A stretch of 64,000 nt of DNA from Phycisphaerales bacterium (GTDB lineage Bacteria > Planctomycetota > Phycisphaerae > UBA1845): contig CP070827.1 in assembly GCA_020344555.1 (NCBI GenBank), forward strand, positions 4,191,419 to 4,255,418. Reading direction: 5' to 3'. Shown here piece after piece: positions 45,300 to 54,536 of the stretch (position 1 is its first letter; each line of letters starts with the position of its first letter). Position numbers and translations under genes: made by a program. The notes beneath the pieces were generated by a model. It worked only from the letters and a program-made list of their open reading frames with translations, was not told the DNA's origin and searched no databases.

Positions 45300-45444
45300 T
45301 ATGTTTCTATCTCCTTCCGCCATGTTTATCGCCACACCGATAGGCGACCCGCCCGTTGCGGGTCATTTCATCCGCCATGGCGGACCAGTCGGTGTGTAGC
45401 GTCATCAGTACATAGTACTTCAGGAGTCGGTTCGGAGTTCTCCG

Positions 45445-45957
45445 TCAGGCGGCCTTATTGACTATCGCCTTCAGGCAGCCGGCAATCCTCGATTGCGGCG
45501 AGGCCAGGCAAGCCGCCAACGCCCGACCGGGCGAGGCAGCGAGCATTACCAGCTCACCGACCAACTCCGTGCGGCTCTTCATCTTCGAAACATCGGTGAC
45601 CGTCAGAAGGCCTGGATCCCCGTCGAGGATGGCCTGCTTGAGCTCGAGCTGATTGAACTCCTCAGCAGCCTTGACGAGGACCTTGGCGGTCTCGATCAGC
45701 GATTCCGAGGAGGTGACCAGCGCGCAAGGTCCCTCCAGCGCGTCACCGAGCGGCTCGAGCGGCCCGCCCTGAAACGCACGACGTGCCAGACTGTTCTTGA
45801 CCACCTGCAATCGGGCGGACTTTTCCCGAAGATTCTTGCGGAGCTGTTCCTGCTCTTGAACGCTCATGCCCGTAAGATCAATAACGCACGCGCTGTCGCT
45901 ATCTGCGTAGCGTTCTTTTAGCTCCGTAGCGATCATCGCTTTGACGGCTTTGCTCAT
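45445..45957 (-). CDS. rplJ: 50S ribosomal protein L10
   Basis: MSKAVKAMIATELKERYA. Its position between rplA and rplL supports the call. Confidence 0.95.
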   Translation of the reverse strand: MSKAVKAMIATELKERYADSDSACVIDLTGMSVQEQEQLRKNLREKSARLQVVKNSLARRAFQGGPLEPLGDALEGPCALVTSSESLIETAKVLVKAAEEFNQLELKQAILDGDPGLLTVTDVSKMKSRTELVGELVMLAASPGRALAACLASPQSRIAGCLKAIVNKAA

Positions 45958-46019
45958 CGAATAATCCCGTGTCCGTCAGCTTCCAGTTTCACCCCACTAC
46001 TACGACCAGTGGCCGGACC

Positions 46020-46748
46020 CTACGTGCCCGTCGTGATTGTCACCGAGGGTACCCGTGTGGCCGAGAGGCAGATCCGCTTGACATATTGCCCCTTGGCGGC
46101 CGCGGGCTTCATCTTCACCATGTGGTCAATAACCGCCTGTATGTTCTCCTTCAGATCGTCATCGGAGAAGCTGATGCGGCCAACCGGCAGGTGAATGTTG
46201 CCGCCCTCGTCGTTGCGGAACTCGAGCCGGCCGGCTGTGAACTCCTTCACCGCGGTAGCCACTTCCGGGGTCACCGTACCTGCCTTGGGGGTAGGCATTT
46301 TCCCCTGCGGCCCGAGCAGGCGTCCCAGCCTGCCGACCTTCCCCATCAAGGAAGGATGGGCCACGGCAACATCGAAGTCGAACCACCCTTTCTGGACCTT
46401 TTCGACCAGCTCATCACCACCGGCCTCTATCGCACCCGCCTCCTTGGCCGCCTCCGCAAGGGCCCCATCACAGAACGCGATCACCCGGCGCGATTTGCCC
46501 AGGCCCTTCGGAAGGGAGATCGCACCGCGAAGCATCTGATCGGCCTGTCGGGCGTCGATGCCCAGATGCATCACGACCTCCACGGTCTGATCGTGGTCCT
46601 TGCGCTTCTTGCCGTTTTTATAGCTGCGATCGGCTTTGACCACGGCCATCTTCTTGATCCTGGCGATCCCCTCCTCAACACTGACGGGCGTGCGTCTGTC
46701 GCCACCGACTTCGAGCTGCTTACGGTATCGTACGCTCCGGTAACCCAT
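46020..46748 (-). CDS. rplA: 50S ribosomal protein L1
   Basis: DQTVEVVMHLGIDARQADQMLRGAISLPKGLGK. Confidence 0.95.
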   Translation of the reverse strand: MGYRSVRYRKQLEVGGDRRTPVSVEEGIARIKKMAVVKADRSYKNGKKRKDHDQTVEVVMHLGIDARQADQMLRGAISLPKGLGKSRRVIAFCDGALAEAAKEAGAIEAGGDELVEKVQKGWFDFDVAVAHPSLMGKVGRLGRLLGPQGKMPTPKAGTVTPEVATAVKEFTAGRLEFRNDEGGNIHLPVGRISFSDDDLKENIQAVIDHMVKMKPAAAKGQYVKRICLSATRVPSVTITTGT

Positions 46749-46783
46749 CGAGGTTCTCTCAAACACCCAGTTAGTGGGACCGT

Positions 46784-47218
46784 CTAGTCAACGATCTCAA
46801 TACCCATGGAACGCGCCGTACCGGCGACGACGCGTTCGGCCGCGTCGATATTGTGTGCGTTCAGATCCGGCAGCTTTCTCTCGGCAATCGATCGGAGCTG
46901 TTCCTTGGTGACTGCCCCCACCTTCTCCTTGTTGGGCACGCCGCTGCCTTTGGCAATCTTGGCCGCCTCTTTGAGCAACACCGAGGCCGGCGGGCTCTTG
47001 ACCACAAAGTCGAAGGATCGATCCGAGTAGACGTTAATCACCACGGAGACGGGCATACCGTTCAGCGCGGTCGTCGCCGCATTAAACTGCTGCACGAACT
47101 GACCAATGTTGACGCCATGCTGCCCCAATGCCGGACCTATAGGGGGCGCAGGCGTCGCTTGCCCGCCAGGTGCCTGGAGCTTGATCGTCGCTGTGAGTTC
47201 CTTCTTTCTCTTGGCCAC
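46784..47218 (-). CDS. rplK: 50S ribosomal protein L11 (GTG start)
   Basis: [38 protein letters not shown]. Confidence 0.95.
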   Translation of the reverse strand: MAKRKKELTATIKLQAPGGQATPAPPIGPALGQHGVNIGQFVQQFNAATTALNGMPVSVVINVYSDRSFDFVVKSPPASVLLKEAAKIAKGSGVPNKEKVGAVTKEQLRSIAERKLPDLNAHNIDAAERVVAGTARSMGIEIVD

Positions 47219-47276
47219 CGTTGTTGCCGTCCTCGCGTGTCCAAAGGCGCCGTGACCGGCCTGAAGCCTGGTCAGG

Positions 47277-47888
47277 CTATTCAACCTTCTCCAACTGCCA
47301 GTAGCCCACCTCCACGGGAGTCATGCGGCCGAAGATCGAGACGATCACGTTGACCATGCCGCGCCGCTCGTCGACCGACTCTACTTCACCCTCGTAGCTT
47401 TCAAACGCTCCGTCGGTGATCTTGACCTGGTCTCCCTTTTTGATGTTCAACCCCGAGAGGCCGGGATCTTCGTCCGCCTTCTGCGAGGCTGCGAGCATCT
47501 GAGAGACGTCGTGTTCCGGCATGCTTGTAGGTTTACCGTCCGACCCGATGAAATCGCCCACGCCGGAGGTTTCCTTGATCAGAAACCAGACATTCTCGGC
47601 AACCGAGCCGTCTTCCTCACAAGCCATCTCCACGAACACGTAGCCCGGATAGAGCTTTCGCTCCACGACGCGAAGCACACCCCCGCGCATGCGTTTCTCT
47701 TTGAGCGTGGGGACCAGGATCCGGCCGATCCGATCCTCGAGCCCTTCGATCTTCACCTTGCGTTGCAGCGCCTCACGCACCTGCTCCTCTTTGTTGGAGG
47801 CCACACGAAGCACGTACCACTTCATCCCCGGTGCGGTCACTGCGCCCGAACCTGCAGCTTCAGACGATGTCGACTCGGTGTCTGTCAT
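47277..47888 (-). CDS. nusG: Transcription antitermination factor NusG
   Basis: [13 protein letters not shown] plus a KOW motif ([11 protein letters not shown]). ATG 47888 overlaps the secE TGA as ATGA. Confidence 0.95.
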   Translation of the reverse strand: MTDTESTSSEAAGSGAVTAPGMKWYVLRVASNKEEQVREALQRKVKIEGLEDRIGRILVPTLKEKRMRGGVLRVVERKLYPGYVFVEMACEEDGSVAENVWFLIKETSGVGDFIGSDGKPTSMPEHDVSQMLAASQKADEDPGLSGLNIKKGDQVKITDGAFESYEGEVESVDERRGMVNVIVSIFGRMTPVEVGYWQLEKVE

Positions 47889-48403
47889 ACCTTGAGAACG
47901 CCGATCCACGTAAAAAGACGTTGGAATATGAGATCAACTATGAACAACAGCACCGCCAACAGCAATGTGAAGGTGATGACGACTTTCGTCGAGCCAATGA
48001 CTTCAGACTTCGTCGACCAACTCACCTTTTTCATCTCACCTTCTGTGGCAATCATGAAGTCGCTGCTCTTGCGGCTCACGAAGGCCATCCGCCAGGCCAC
48101 GGCCCCCAGCACGACAGCCACCAGGAACGGGATCCCCGGTGTTATCAAGAGTCGCCAGGCTTCGTCACCCTGGTAACCCGCGAGGCGGTCGTTGAGGAAC
48201 TTCGCACCCCACGCAATCAGCAAAGCCAAACCCACGAAGGTCGCGGTGCGAGTTATCTTACCCTGGTCGCGTTTATACTGGCTCACCGGGCCGGTTTGAC
48301 GACCGCGAGGTCGTGGGATTGCCTGGGCACCCTCGGAACCACTACGTGCCGGCATGGTACGCCTCTTCTTCGGTGCTGCGCTCGTAGTCTCGGTCTGCCC
48401 CAT
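47885..48403 (-). CDS. secE: Preprotein translocase SecE with a long N-terminal extension
   Basis: Internal ATG at 48403; the longer ORF would run through tRNA-Trp. The C-terminal TM helix reads VVITFTLLLAVLLFIVDLIF. Confidence 0.85.
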   Translation of the reverse strand: MGQTETTSAAPKKRRTMPARSGSEGAQAIPRPRGRQTGPVSQYKRDQGKITRTATFVGLALLIAWGAKFLNDRLAGYQGDEAWRLLITPGIPFLVAVVLGAVAWRMAFVSRKSSDFMIATEGEMKKVSWSTKSEVIGSTKVVITFTLLLAVLLFIVDLIFQRLFTWIGVLKV

Positions 48404-48481
48404 AAGTCCGCATGTCCTTAGTTTACGCCACCAAGGTCGGCGCGGCTCGGCAATTGGCCGAACTGTTCGCGACAACCACAT

Positions 48482-48553
48482 CAGGAGCGGAGGGACTTGA
48501 ACCCCCAACCGCCGGTTTTGGAAACCGGTGCTCTGCCATTGAGCTACGCTCCT
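48482..48553 (-). tRNA. trnW: tRNA-Trp (CCA)
   Basis: AGGAGCGTAGCTCAATGGCAGAGCACCGGTTTCCAAAACCGGCGGTTGGGGGTTCAAGTCCCTCCGCTCCTG folds as a cloverleaf with anticodon loop TTCCAAA. Confidence 0.9.
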
Positions 48554-48586
48554 AGGCAAACCTCCTCAACTGCCGACGGCAAAACC

Positions 48587-48754
48587 CTATTTCCGCTTGA
48601 TCTTGTGGACCGTGCGCTTGCGCTGACGGCGACAGAACTTCTTCAGCTCCAGCTTCGGGGTCCCCCCGAGCACGTTGACACTCGTGCGATAGTTAAGGTC
48701 TTTGCACTCTTTACACTGGAGCCAGACGTACTCACGCTTTGCGGCTTTGGCCAT
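48587..48754 (-). CDS. rpmG: 50S ribosomal protein L33
   Basis: Not in the ORF track. I translated it by hand as MAKAAKREYVWLQCKECKDLNYRTSVNVLGGTPKLELKKFCRRQRKRTVHKIKRK*. Confidence 0.9.
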   Translation of the reverse strand: MAKAAKREYVWLQCKECKDLNYRTSVNVLGGTPKLELKKFCRRQRKRTVHKIKRK

Positions 48755-48796
48755 GGCTATTCAGGCTCCGTGGGGTGCCCAACGTGCAGGGGCAGA

Positions 48797-49999
48797 CTAC
48801 TCCAAGACCTTCGCGACAACGCCAGACCCCACCGTGCGCCCGCCTTCTCGGACGGCAAATCTCAGACCCTGCTCCATGGCAACCGTCTTGCCGAGCTCCA
48901 CCGCCATTGTGATGTTATCGCCCGGCATGCACATCTCGGCACCCATGAGCTGAAGCCCACCGGTAACGTCGGTTGTTCGGAAGTAAAACTGCGGTCGGTA
49001 GCCGTTAAAGAACGGTGTGTGTCGCCCGCCTTCCTCCTTGGTCAACACGTAGACCTGCCCCTCGAACTTGGTGTGAGGTGTGATGCTGCCCGGAGCGGCC
49101 AGCACCTGACCACGCTCCACCTCGTCTTTCTTCGTGCCGCGCAGCAGGCATCCCACGTTGTCACCTGCGACACCAGAATCCAGCGTCTTGTTGAACATCT
49201 CCACGCCGGTGATAGTGGTCTTCTGGGTCTCCGTCAGTCCGACGATCTCGACCTCGTCGCCGACCCTGACCTGCCCGCGCTCGATACGACCGGTGGCAAC
49301 GGTACCACGGCCCTTGATACTGAAGATGTCCTCCACAGACATCAAGAACGGCTGGTCGATGTCCCGCTCCGGTACCGGAACGTATTCATCGAGCGCATCC
49401 ATCAACTCGTAGATGCTTTTGGTCCTTTCAGGGTCGCTGACGTCCTCGAGCGCGACCGAAGCCGAGCCTCTGATTACGGGGATGTCCTCGCCCGGGAAAT
49501 CGTATTTGGTCATCAGGTCCCGAACCTCCATCTCGACCAGGTCGATCAGTTCGGGATCATCCACCAGGTCGGTCTTATTGAGGTAGACGACCAGGCAGGG
49601 CACGTTCACTTGACGAGCCAGCAGAATGTGCTCACGGGTCTGCGGCATCGGGCCGTCCGCCGCCGAGACCACCAGAATCGCCCCGTCCATCTGAGCGGCC
49701 CCGGTGATCATGTTCTTGACATAGTCGGCGTGCCCAGGGCAGTCGATGTGGGCATAATGGCGTTTTTCCGTTTCGTACTCCACATGGGACGTCGCGATCG
49801 TGAGGATCTTGGTCGCGTCGCGTCGGCCCTGCTTTTCCGAGGCCTTGGCCACCTCATCGTACGACTTGAACCTGGCCAGTTTCTTTAAGGCCTGTACCCC
49901 GGTCATTGCGGATGTCAACGTCGTCTTGCCGTGATCGACGTGACCGATCGTACCGACGTTAACATGGGGCTTTGTTCTTTCAAATGTTTCCTTGGCCAT
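48797..49999 (-). CDS. tuf: Elongation factor Tu
   Basis: [28 protein letters not shown]...[13 protein letters not shown] lies before the ATG. Confidence 0.97.
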   Translation of the reverse strand: MAKETFERTKPHVNVGTIGHVDHGKTTLTSAMTGVQALKKLARFKSYDEVAKASEKQGRRDATKILTIATSHVEYETEKRHYAHIDCPGHADYVKNMITGAAQMDGAILVVSAADGPMPQTREHILLARQVNVPCLVVYLNKTDLVDDPELIDLVEMEVRDLMTKYDFPGEDIPVIRGSASVALEDVSDPERTKSIYELMDALDEYVPVPERDIDQPFLMSVEDIFSIKGRGTVATGRIERGQVRVGDEVEIVGLTETQKTTITGVEMFNKTLDSGVAGDNVGCLLRGTKKDEVERGQVLAAPGSITPHTKFEGQVYVLTKEEGGRHTPFFNGYRPQFYFRTTDVTGGLQLMGAEMCMPGDNITMAVELGKTVAMEQGLRFAVREGGRTVGSGVVAKVLE

Positions 50000-50198
50000 C
50001 CAGTGTATACCTCCACTCGCTCGATGCTGACTATGCTGAACCGATCCTTCTTTGCCTGGATTCGCGAGAGAACCACCCTCTCCGGGCTGATTCCGAACCG
50101 AAGCTCGCTCTCAATCTCAGACTCACCAATGCTCAGTAGGGGCGTGAGGTGCAAAGGCCAGTCACCTTCACCATGCCCTTACCATTTACCAAACACAA

Positions 50199-50271
50199 AG
50201 CTGCTGACGGGAATCGAACCCGTGACCTCGTCCTTACCAAGGACGCACTCTACCGGCTGAGCTACAGCAGC
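50199..50271 (-). tRNA. trnT: tRNA-Thr (GGT)
   Basis: GCTGCTGTAGCTCAGCCGGTAGAGTGCGTCCTTGGTAAGGACGAGGTCACGGGTTCGATTCCCGTCAGCAGCT has a canonical T-loop. Confidence 0.9.
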
Positions 50272-50450
50272 AACGTGTGTCGCTGGTCCGTGCCCGATCC
50301 TTTGCGCACACCAACCTTTACCGCCGCAACGCCATAACAGAATGAAAGCCTCTGTGCTTCGCGGTGGAGTCCGGGATCGCGCTGCCTGAACGAAGTCTAG
50401 CTCGCGGGCAAAGCCGAGGTTCCAGGCGTCCACCCGCCTAGAGCCCTGCA

Positions 50451-50478
50451 AGTATACAGAGGCGGCAACCCCTGTCAA
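50451..50478 (-). promoter_or_regulatory. Near-consensus sigma70 promoter (TTGACA-N16-TATACT) heading the tRNA-Thr/tuf block
   Basis: Minus strand reads gcgtTTGACAggggttgccgcctctgTATACTtgcag. Confidence 0.6.
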
Positions 50479-51105
50479 ACGCAAAAGCCATTAAGCGGGG
50501 AGCCAAATTGGACGGCCCGAGGCAGTAATTTCAGTGTAAATGGTAAAATTGCTCCAACACTCAAATGGAGCCGGGCGTCACGATCGTGAATCGTCGCTCC
50601 TTTGCGATCAGTTCAAGGATTACGGTTGTGTTGTGATGGCAAAATGCTTCCCAAGGCGCTGGAGCCCGCCCGGTGGTCTCTGTCCGCTGGCCCAGATGTC
50701 CCGATCGCACGGCGCCCGGCCCGTGCGGTTCGTTCGGGCGGAGCGACAGCCGCTCGGACCACGGTCTCCTGGCGTTCGCACCGGGCTTACCTTATGTGTT
50801 ACCCTTATCGGCCAGCCATCCTCGCTCCGTGAGGCTGCCAGCGGCTAGCGGAAGAGCCGCTCGCCGTGGGCCAACCGGTGGCTCTCGTGGCGGACCTGCC
50901 GGGTATTGTTGCCGCCACGGCCGCTCGGCCCAGGTTGCCCATGGTCCCGTCACCTGTCGGGACTGTAACTTGCACGGGGCGGATTGCCGACCTCCACTTG
51001 GCTGGATACGATTAGCCGTGTTGGTTTCGCATACGGGCGCCCTCCGCCCGTCTGGAACCCTCTCCCAGGAGCAGGCCCACCGGTCTTCCAAAAGGGAGCT
51101 CACCA

Positions 51106-52044
51106 ATGCAGAAACGTTTCCTCGGCGACAGCGGGTTGGAAGTATCTGTCATCGCACTAGGTACTTGGGCGATGGGAGGAGCAGTGGAAACTTGGGGGCA
51201 GGTGGACGACCGGGAGTCCATCGCCGCCATTCATCAGGCACTCGACCTCGGTATCAACCTCGTGGATACGGCCCCTATATATGGGCTCGGTCATAGTGAA
51301 GAGATCGTTGGTAAGGCGATTCAAGGTCGACGAAGCGAAGTACTCGTTGCCACCAAATGCGGGCTGCTCTTCCCGAAATCGAACGATGAGCTGCCGCCGC
51401 GGTGTCTGTCCCGGGAGAGTGTTGTCCGGGAGTGCGAGGACAGCCTGCGGCGTCTTCGGACCGACGTGATCGACGTGTATCAATGTCATTGGCCCGACCC
51501 CGAGACGCATATCCGCGAGACCATGGACGCGCTGACGACCTTGCTGGAGCAGGGCAAGATCCGGGCGATCGGCCTGTCCAACTTCAGTTGCGAGCAGATG
51601 ACTGCCGCCCGTGAGTTCGGCCCGGTCCATTGTCTGCAGTCGCCCTTGTCGATGCTCCAGCTTCGGGCTGCGGAGGATCTTATCCCCTATTGCATCGAGC
51701 ATCGCATCGGTGTCCTTACCTACGGCCCTCTCGCCAAGGGACTGCTCACCGGCAAGTTCGGGAAAGACAGTCGCTTCGAGGGCATCCGCAGCCAGGATCC
51801 TGAATTTGTGGGCGAGCGATATCGGCGAAATCTCGGCATGGTCGACCGGCTTGGGAAGATCGCGGCAGATTACGACAAGACCGTGACACAACTCGTGATC
51901 AACTGGACGGCATCCTTCCGCGGTGTCACCGCGCCGATCGTCGGCGCCAAGCGGCCGTCGCAGGTTGTGGAGAACGCCGGGGGCGTGGGCTGGACGATCA
52001 CCGAGGAAGATCGAGCCCGGATTGACGCGATCATCAGGAGCTAG
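51106..52044 (+). CDS. Aldo/keto reductase
   Basis: MQKRFLGDSGLEVSVIALGTWAMGG...IDTAPIYG...AIGLSNF. Confidence 0.9.
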   Translation: MQKRFLGDSGLEVSVIALGTWAMGGAVETWGQVDDRESIAAIHQALDLGINLVDTAPIYGLGHSEEIVGKAIQGRRSEVLVATKCGLLFPKSNDELPPRCLSRESVVRECEDSLRRLRTDVIDVYQCHWPDPETHIRETMDALTTLLEQGKIRAIGLSNFSCEQMTAAREFGPVHCLQSPLSMLQLRAAEDLIPYCIEHRIGVLTYGPLAKGLLTGKFGKDSRFEGIRSQDPEFVGERYRRNLGMVDRLGKIAADYDKTVTQLVINWTASFRGVTAPIVGAKRPSQVVENAGGVGWTITEEDRARIDAIIRS

Positions 52045-52219
52045 CAGATTGGACCGACACGGGGCGCGGACCGACCCGGCACCTGCCCGGACGCGGCGAA
52101 AGGCGCAGCGGCAGGATCGATCGCCGCTTGCCGCGGGGGTTAGCGCCCTGGAAGCACTGACGGCGGCGACGAATCGGTACGCCCGGTCCGTTGTCGGCAA
52201 GCGTCCGCCCCACCGCAGA

Positions 52220-53899
52220 GTGAGTCTCGCCCTGGCGGTCATCGCGGCCAGCGCGGTTGGAATCGCGTTGACACTGGCCGGGCGGTTCGAATATCGCTGT
52301 GTGGCGACCATGCGAATCGCCGGTGACCCCTCCTTAAGCCAGTGTGCGGTGCACCGCAAGGAGCTGCTGGACTACACGTGGGGTCGTATGGGTGAGACAA
52401 CCTCGACCGACACCGCGTTAAAGCGTTGGTTCGTCAATTCCCCGGCCAAGGACCTGCTGCAAGTGGGCCTGACCACGCCCGATCGGGAAGCTGGTCTTGT
52501 GCGCGTGCAAGACATCGCACGAGGTTTTTGCGACAGGATGCGTGCCGTGGCGGCAGCGGCCCGTTCCACACCTTCACAGGCGGAGAATACTCTGACCGAG
52601 CATGTGGTCCGTTTGCGAACCCGGTTGAACGATGCACAAGACCACGTGGATGCCGCCATCGCGGCACTGCCCGAGACGGATCCGTCCGAACATCGCGCCG
52701 CCTTGCTGTCCCGCTGGGTGACCCTCAGGTCCGATTTCGACACCGCGCGAGGGCAGCTCGCCGAAGCGTCTGCCAACGTGGCCCAGCTCCAATCAGAACC
52801 TGAACCGACGTATGGGCTGGTCAGCGGCGAGGAGCGCCGAGAAGCGCTTCAAGCTGACGATGTACTGCAACAGGATATTAGGGAGCTGGTCGTAAATCTG
52901 TCGGAGCTCAAGCTGCACCTGCTTAACGTCTGGCAGCGCTCGGCCGGGGCGCTGGAGCAGCTTGCCCTGGTAGCCGACGAGCTGATCGAGATCGCGTCCT
53001 CTAATCCAGGTCAGCCAACGCCTCAGGTTGAGCGGCGCAGCGACCTGGGGCTTGCGCTCACTGTTCAGGCTTACACGGACATGGTCGAGACCTTTGCAGA
53101 GACGTGGACCCACGAGTTTACAGCCCTTCGCCGACTCGAGGTCAATCCGTACAGCGGCGAGGTGCTCGATGTATATCAGCGCGTTCGCCGGCAGTTGAAT
53201 GACTTTCTGTTCGACGCGGCCAAACGGCTGGCATCCATGCGGTCGCAGGTCCGCGCCCTTAGCGCCGATCCACGGGACAGCGCACGACACCACGTTTTCC
53301 AATCCAATCTGGTCCGTGCGTTTCAGACCATGCAGGCATTACACCATCGATTCGAGTTCGCAGCCGGTACGATCGAGACGCCGGACAACTTCCGGCTCGA
53401 TGCGGCACTGAAGGCCGCCCGCGGGCTCAGACGCCGATCTCAGAGCCAAATCCGGGCGATCGAGGAGGCTCTTCAAGCGAAAGCCACAAAGCGGGCCAGA
53501 AAGCGGCGAATCGAGGAACTCGCCAGGGCCGAGCAGCTTGTCGCACAGGTTCGCACCGCTGCCGACCAAACGATCGACGAGCTTATCGCCCTGCAAGAAG
53601 AATTGAACCTGGGTGCCGAGTTGTCGGAGGCCTTCTTGCGCGCCGCACTGAAAGCCGAAATCGCCACCGCACGGTTGAAACTTACCCGGGCCGACTTGAC
53701 CCAAACGGAAGGCCGACTCAGTCAACTGACTGCCGATCGCGTGTCAAAAGCCGAAGCAGCGGACATCGAGTTGGTATCGGCCGGCGTGATCGGCCGCCCC
53801 GTCAACCTCACCGAACGTCTGGGCGCCGGTACCCTTGCCGCCGCCCTCTCCCTGGCAATGATCCTGCTCGCTCAATGGTGGATCACCCGCCGCCCGTAA
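52220..53899 (+). CDS. Two-TM coiled-coil protein with Wzz/PCP-like (chain-length determinant) topology. Start is uncertain (GTG 52220); the ORF is open from 51923.
   Basis: N-terminal TM helix SLALAVIAASAVGIALTLAG, then about 480 aa of helical or coiled-coil sequence, then C-terminal TM helix LGAGTLAAALSLAMILLAQWW. Confidence 0.55.
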   Translation: MSLALAVIAASAVGIALTLAGRFEYRCVATMRIAGDPSLSQCAVHRKELLDYTWGRMGETTSTDTALKRWFVNSPAKDLLQVGLTTPDREAGLVRVQDIARGFCDRMRAVAAAARSTPSQAENTLTEHVVRLRTRLNDAQDHVDAAIAALPETDPSEHRAALLSRWVTLRSDFDTARGQLAEASANVAQLQSEPEPTYGLVSGEERREALQADDVLQQDIRELVVNLSELKLHLLNVWQRSAGALEQLALVADELIEIASSNPGQPTPQVERRSDLGLALTVQAYTDMVETFAETWTHEFTALRRLEVNPYSGEVLDVYQRVRRQLNDFLFDAAKRLASMRSQVRALSADPRDSARHHVFQSNLVRAFQTMQALHHRFEFAAGTIETPDNFRLDAALKAARGLRRRSQSQIRAIEEALQAKATKRARKRRIEELARAEQLVAQVRTAADQTIDELIALQEELNLGAELSEAFLRAALKAEIATARLKLTRADLTQTEGRLSQLTADRVSKAEAADIELVSAGVIGRPVNLTERLGAGTLAAALSLAMILLAQWWITRRP

Positions 53900-53930
53900 G
53901 TAACGGTCGCGGAATGCCCGGCGCGCCAGT

Positions 53931-53946
53931 CGCATCCTCGGATGCG
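53931..53946 (+). terminator. Hairpin 32 nt after the Wzz-like gene stop (no U-tract)
   Basis: CGCATCC-TC-GGATGCG is a perfect inverted repeat. Confidence 0.3.
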
Positions 53947-54241
53947 ATTCCACTGCCGGAGCGCACCGCTTACCAGCCTCCGCATTCCGAAGAACGGCGC
54001 GCGCCTGCTGGATCACCCGCCGGGCGCAGCCCACGCGCGCCGTGAGAATGACAACAACCACTACCCCACGACGTGCTTCCCGGACCCGCGGGACTCTGAG
54101 GATATCAGGGCACAGCTCGACAGCCGGGATGCTCGTGGGGTGGTCAGGAATGAGCGTGTCGCCACATTGGACGGGCCGGCACCTCTACCCACGCACCCGC
54201 TCCGCTTAACTCTCTTAGTTCGACTTCTGCCCATTTTCCGG

Positions 54242-54341
54242 TGCGGATTCCGCAGAATCCTGCGGAAGACTGGCGATCTTGGAGTTTTGAAACACCCCGC
54301 AATCGCCCGGGTGTTGCGGAACTCCCGGCACCCTTGCGGAA
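54242..54341. promoter_or_regulatory. Array of TGCGGA(A/T) boxes, a candidate multi-site regulator binding region
   Basis: Boxes lie at 54242 (inside the palindrome TGCGGATTCCGCA), 54261, 54315 and 54335. Related CGGAATGC motifs lie at 53910 and, inverted, at 53981. Confidence 0.4.
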
Positions 54342-54471
54342 TCGCCGAGAATCTCGGGGATCCCGGTCGCTCGAAAAGGGCAAAAGTCCGGCTTAGAGCG
54401 TGTGTGAGAAGGGGGGCCACTGGCAGCTCGCTGCCAGTACCTTGTATTCCTGACGAAGGAACACTGGCGGA

Positions 54472-54489
54472 TCCCGACGTACGTCGGGA
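54472..54489 (-). terminator. Perfect 18-nt palindrome downstream of the SGNH gene
   Basis: TCCCGACGTACGTCGGGA lies 48 nt past the stop at 54537. There is no U-tract. Confidence 0.35.
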
Positions 54490-54536
54490 CCAGTGGCACC
54501 CGCCATTTGGTGTCATCTGGCTTCTCACTCACGCTC

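Noticed and set aside
50361-50438. Extra tRNA (Tyr, Gly or Sec) upstream of tRNA-Thr
   Set aside because: A long-range acceptor-like helix exists. There is no GTTCGAATC-type T-loop, no D-arm and no plausible anticodon arm on either strand.
50560-51100. RNase P RNA, tmRNA, SRP RNA or a cobalamin riboswitch
   Set aside because: Only isolated look-alike strings were found: GACGGGCGGAGGG, CCGGGCTTA, GCCAGGAGACC and CAGGTCCG. The P4 halves do not pair. No GAGGAAAGUCCGG core, no tRNA-like 3' end with CCA context, no GGAA tetraloop motif and no GCCACUG B12 box were found.
51157-52359. 400-aa minus-strand ORF
   Set aside because: It is antisense to the well-supported aldo/keto reductase, and its translation is low-complexity.
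54420-54437. Sigma54 promoter (TGGCAG-N5-TGCC) with upstream enhancer boxes
   Set aside because: The GG-to-GC spacing is off by one relative to TGGCAC-N5-TTGC. The element is a perfect palindrome, and no downstream gene exists in either direction.
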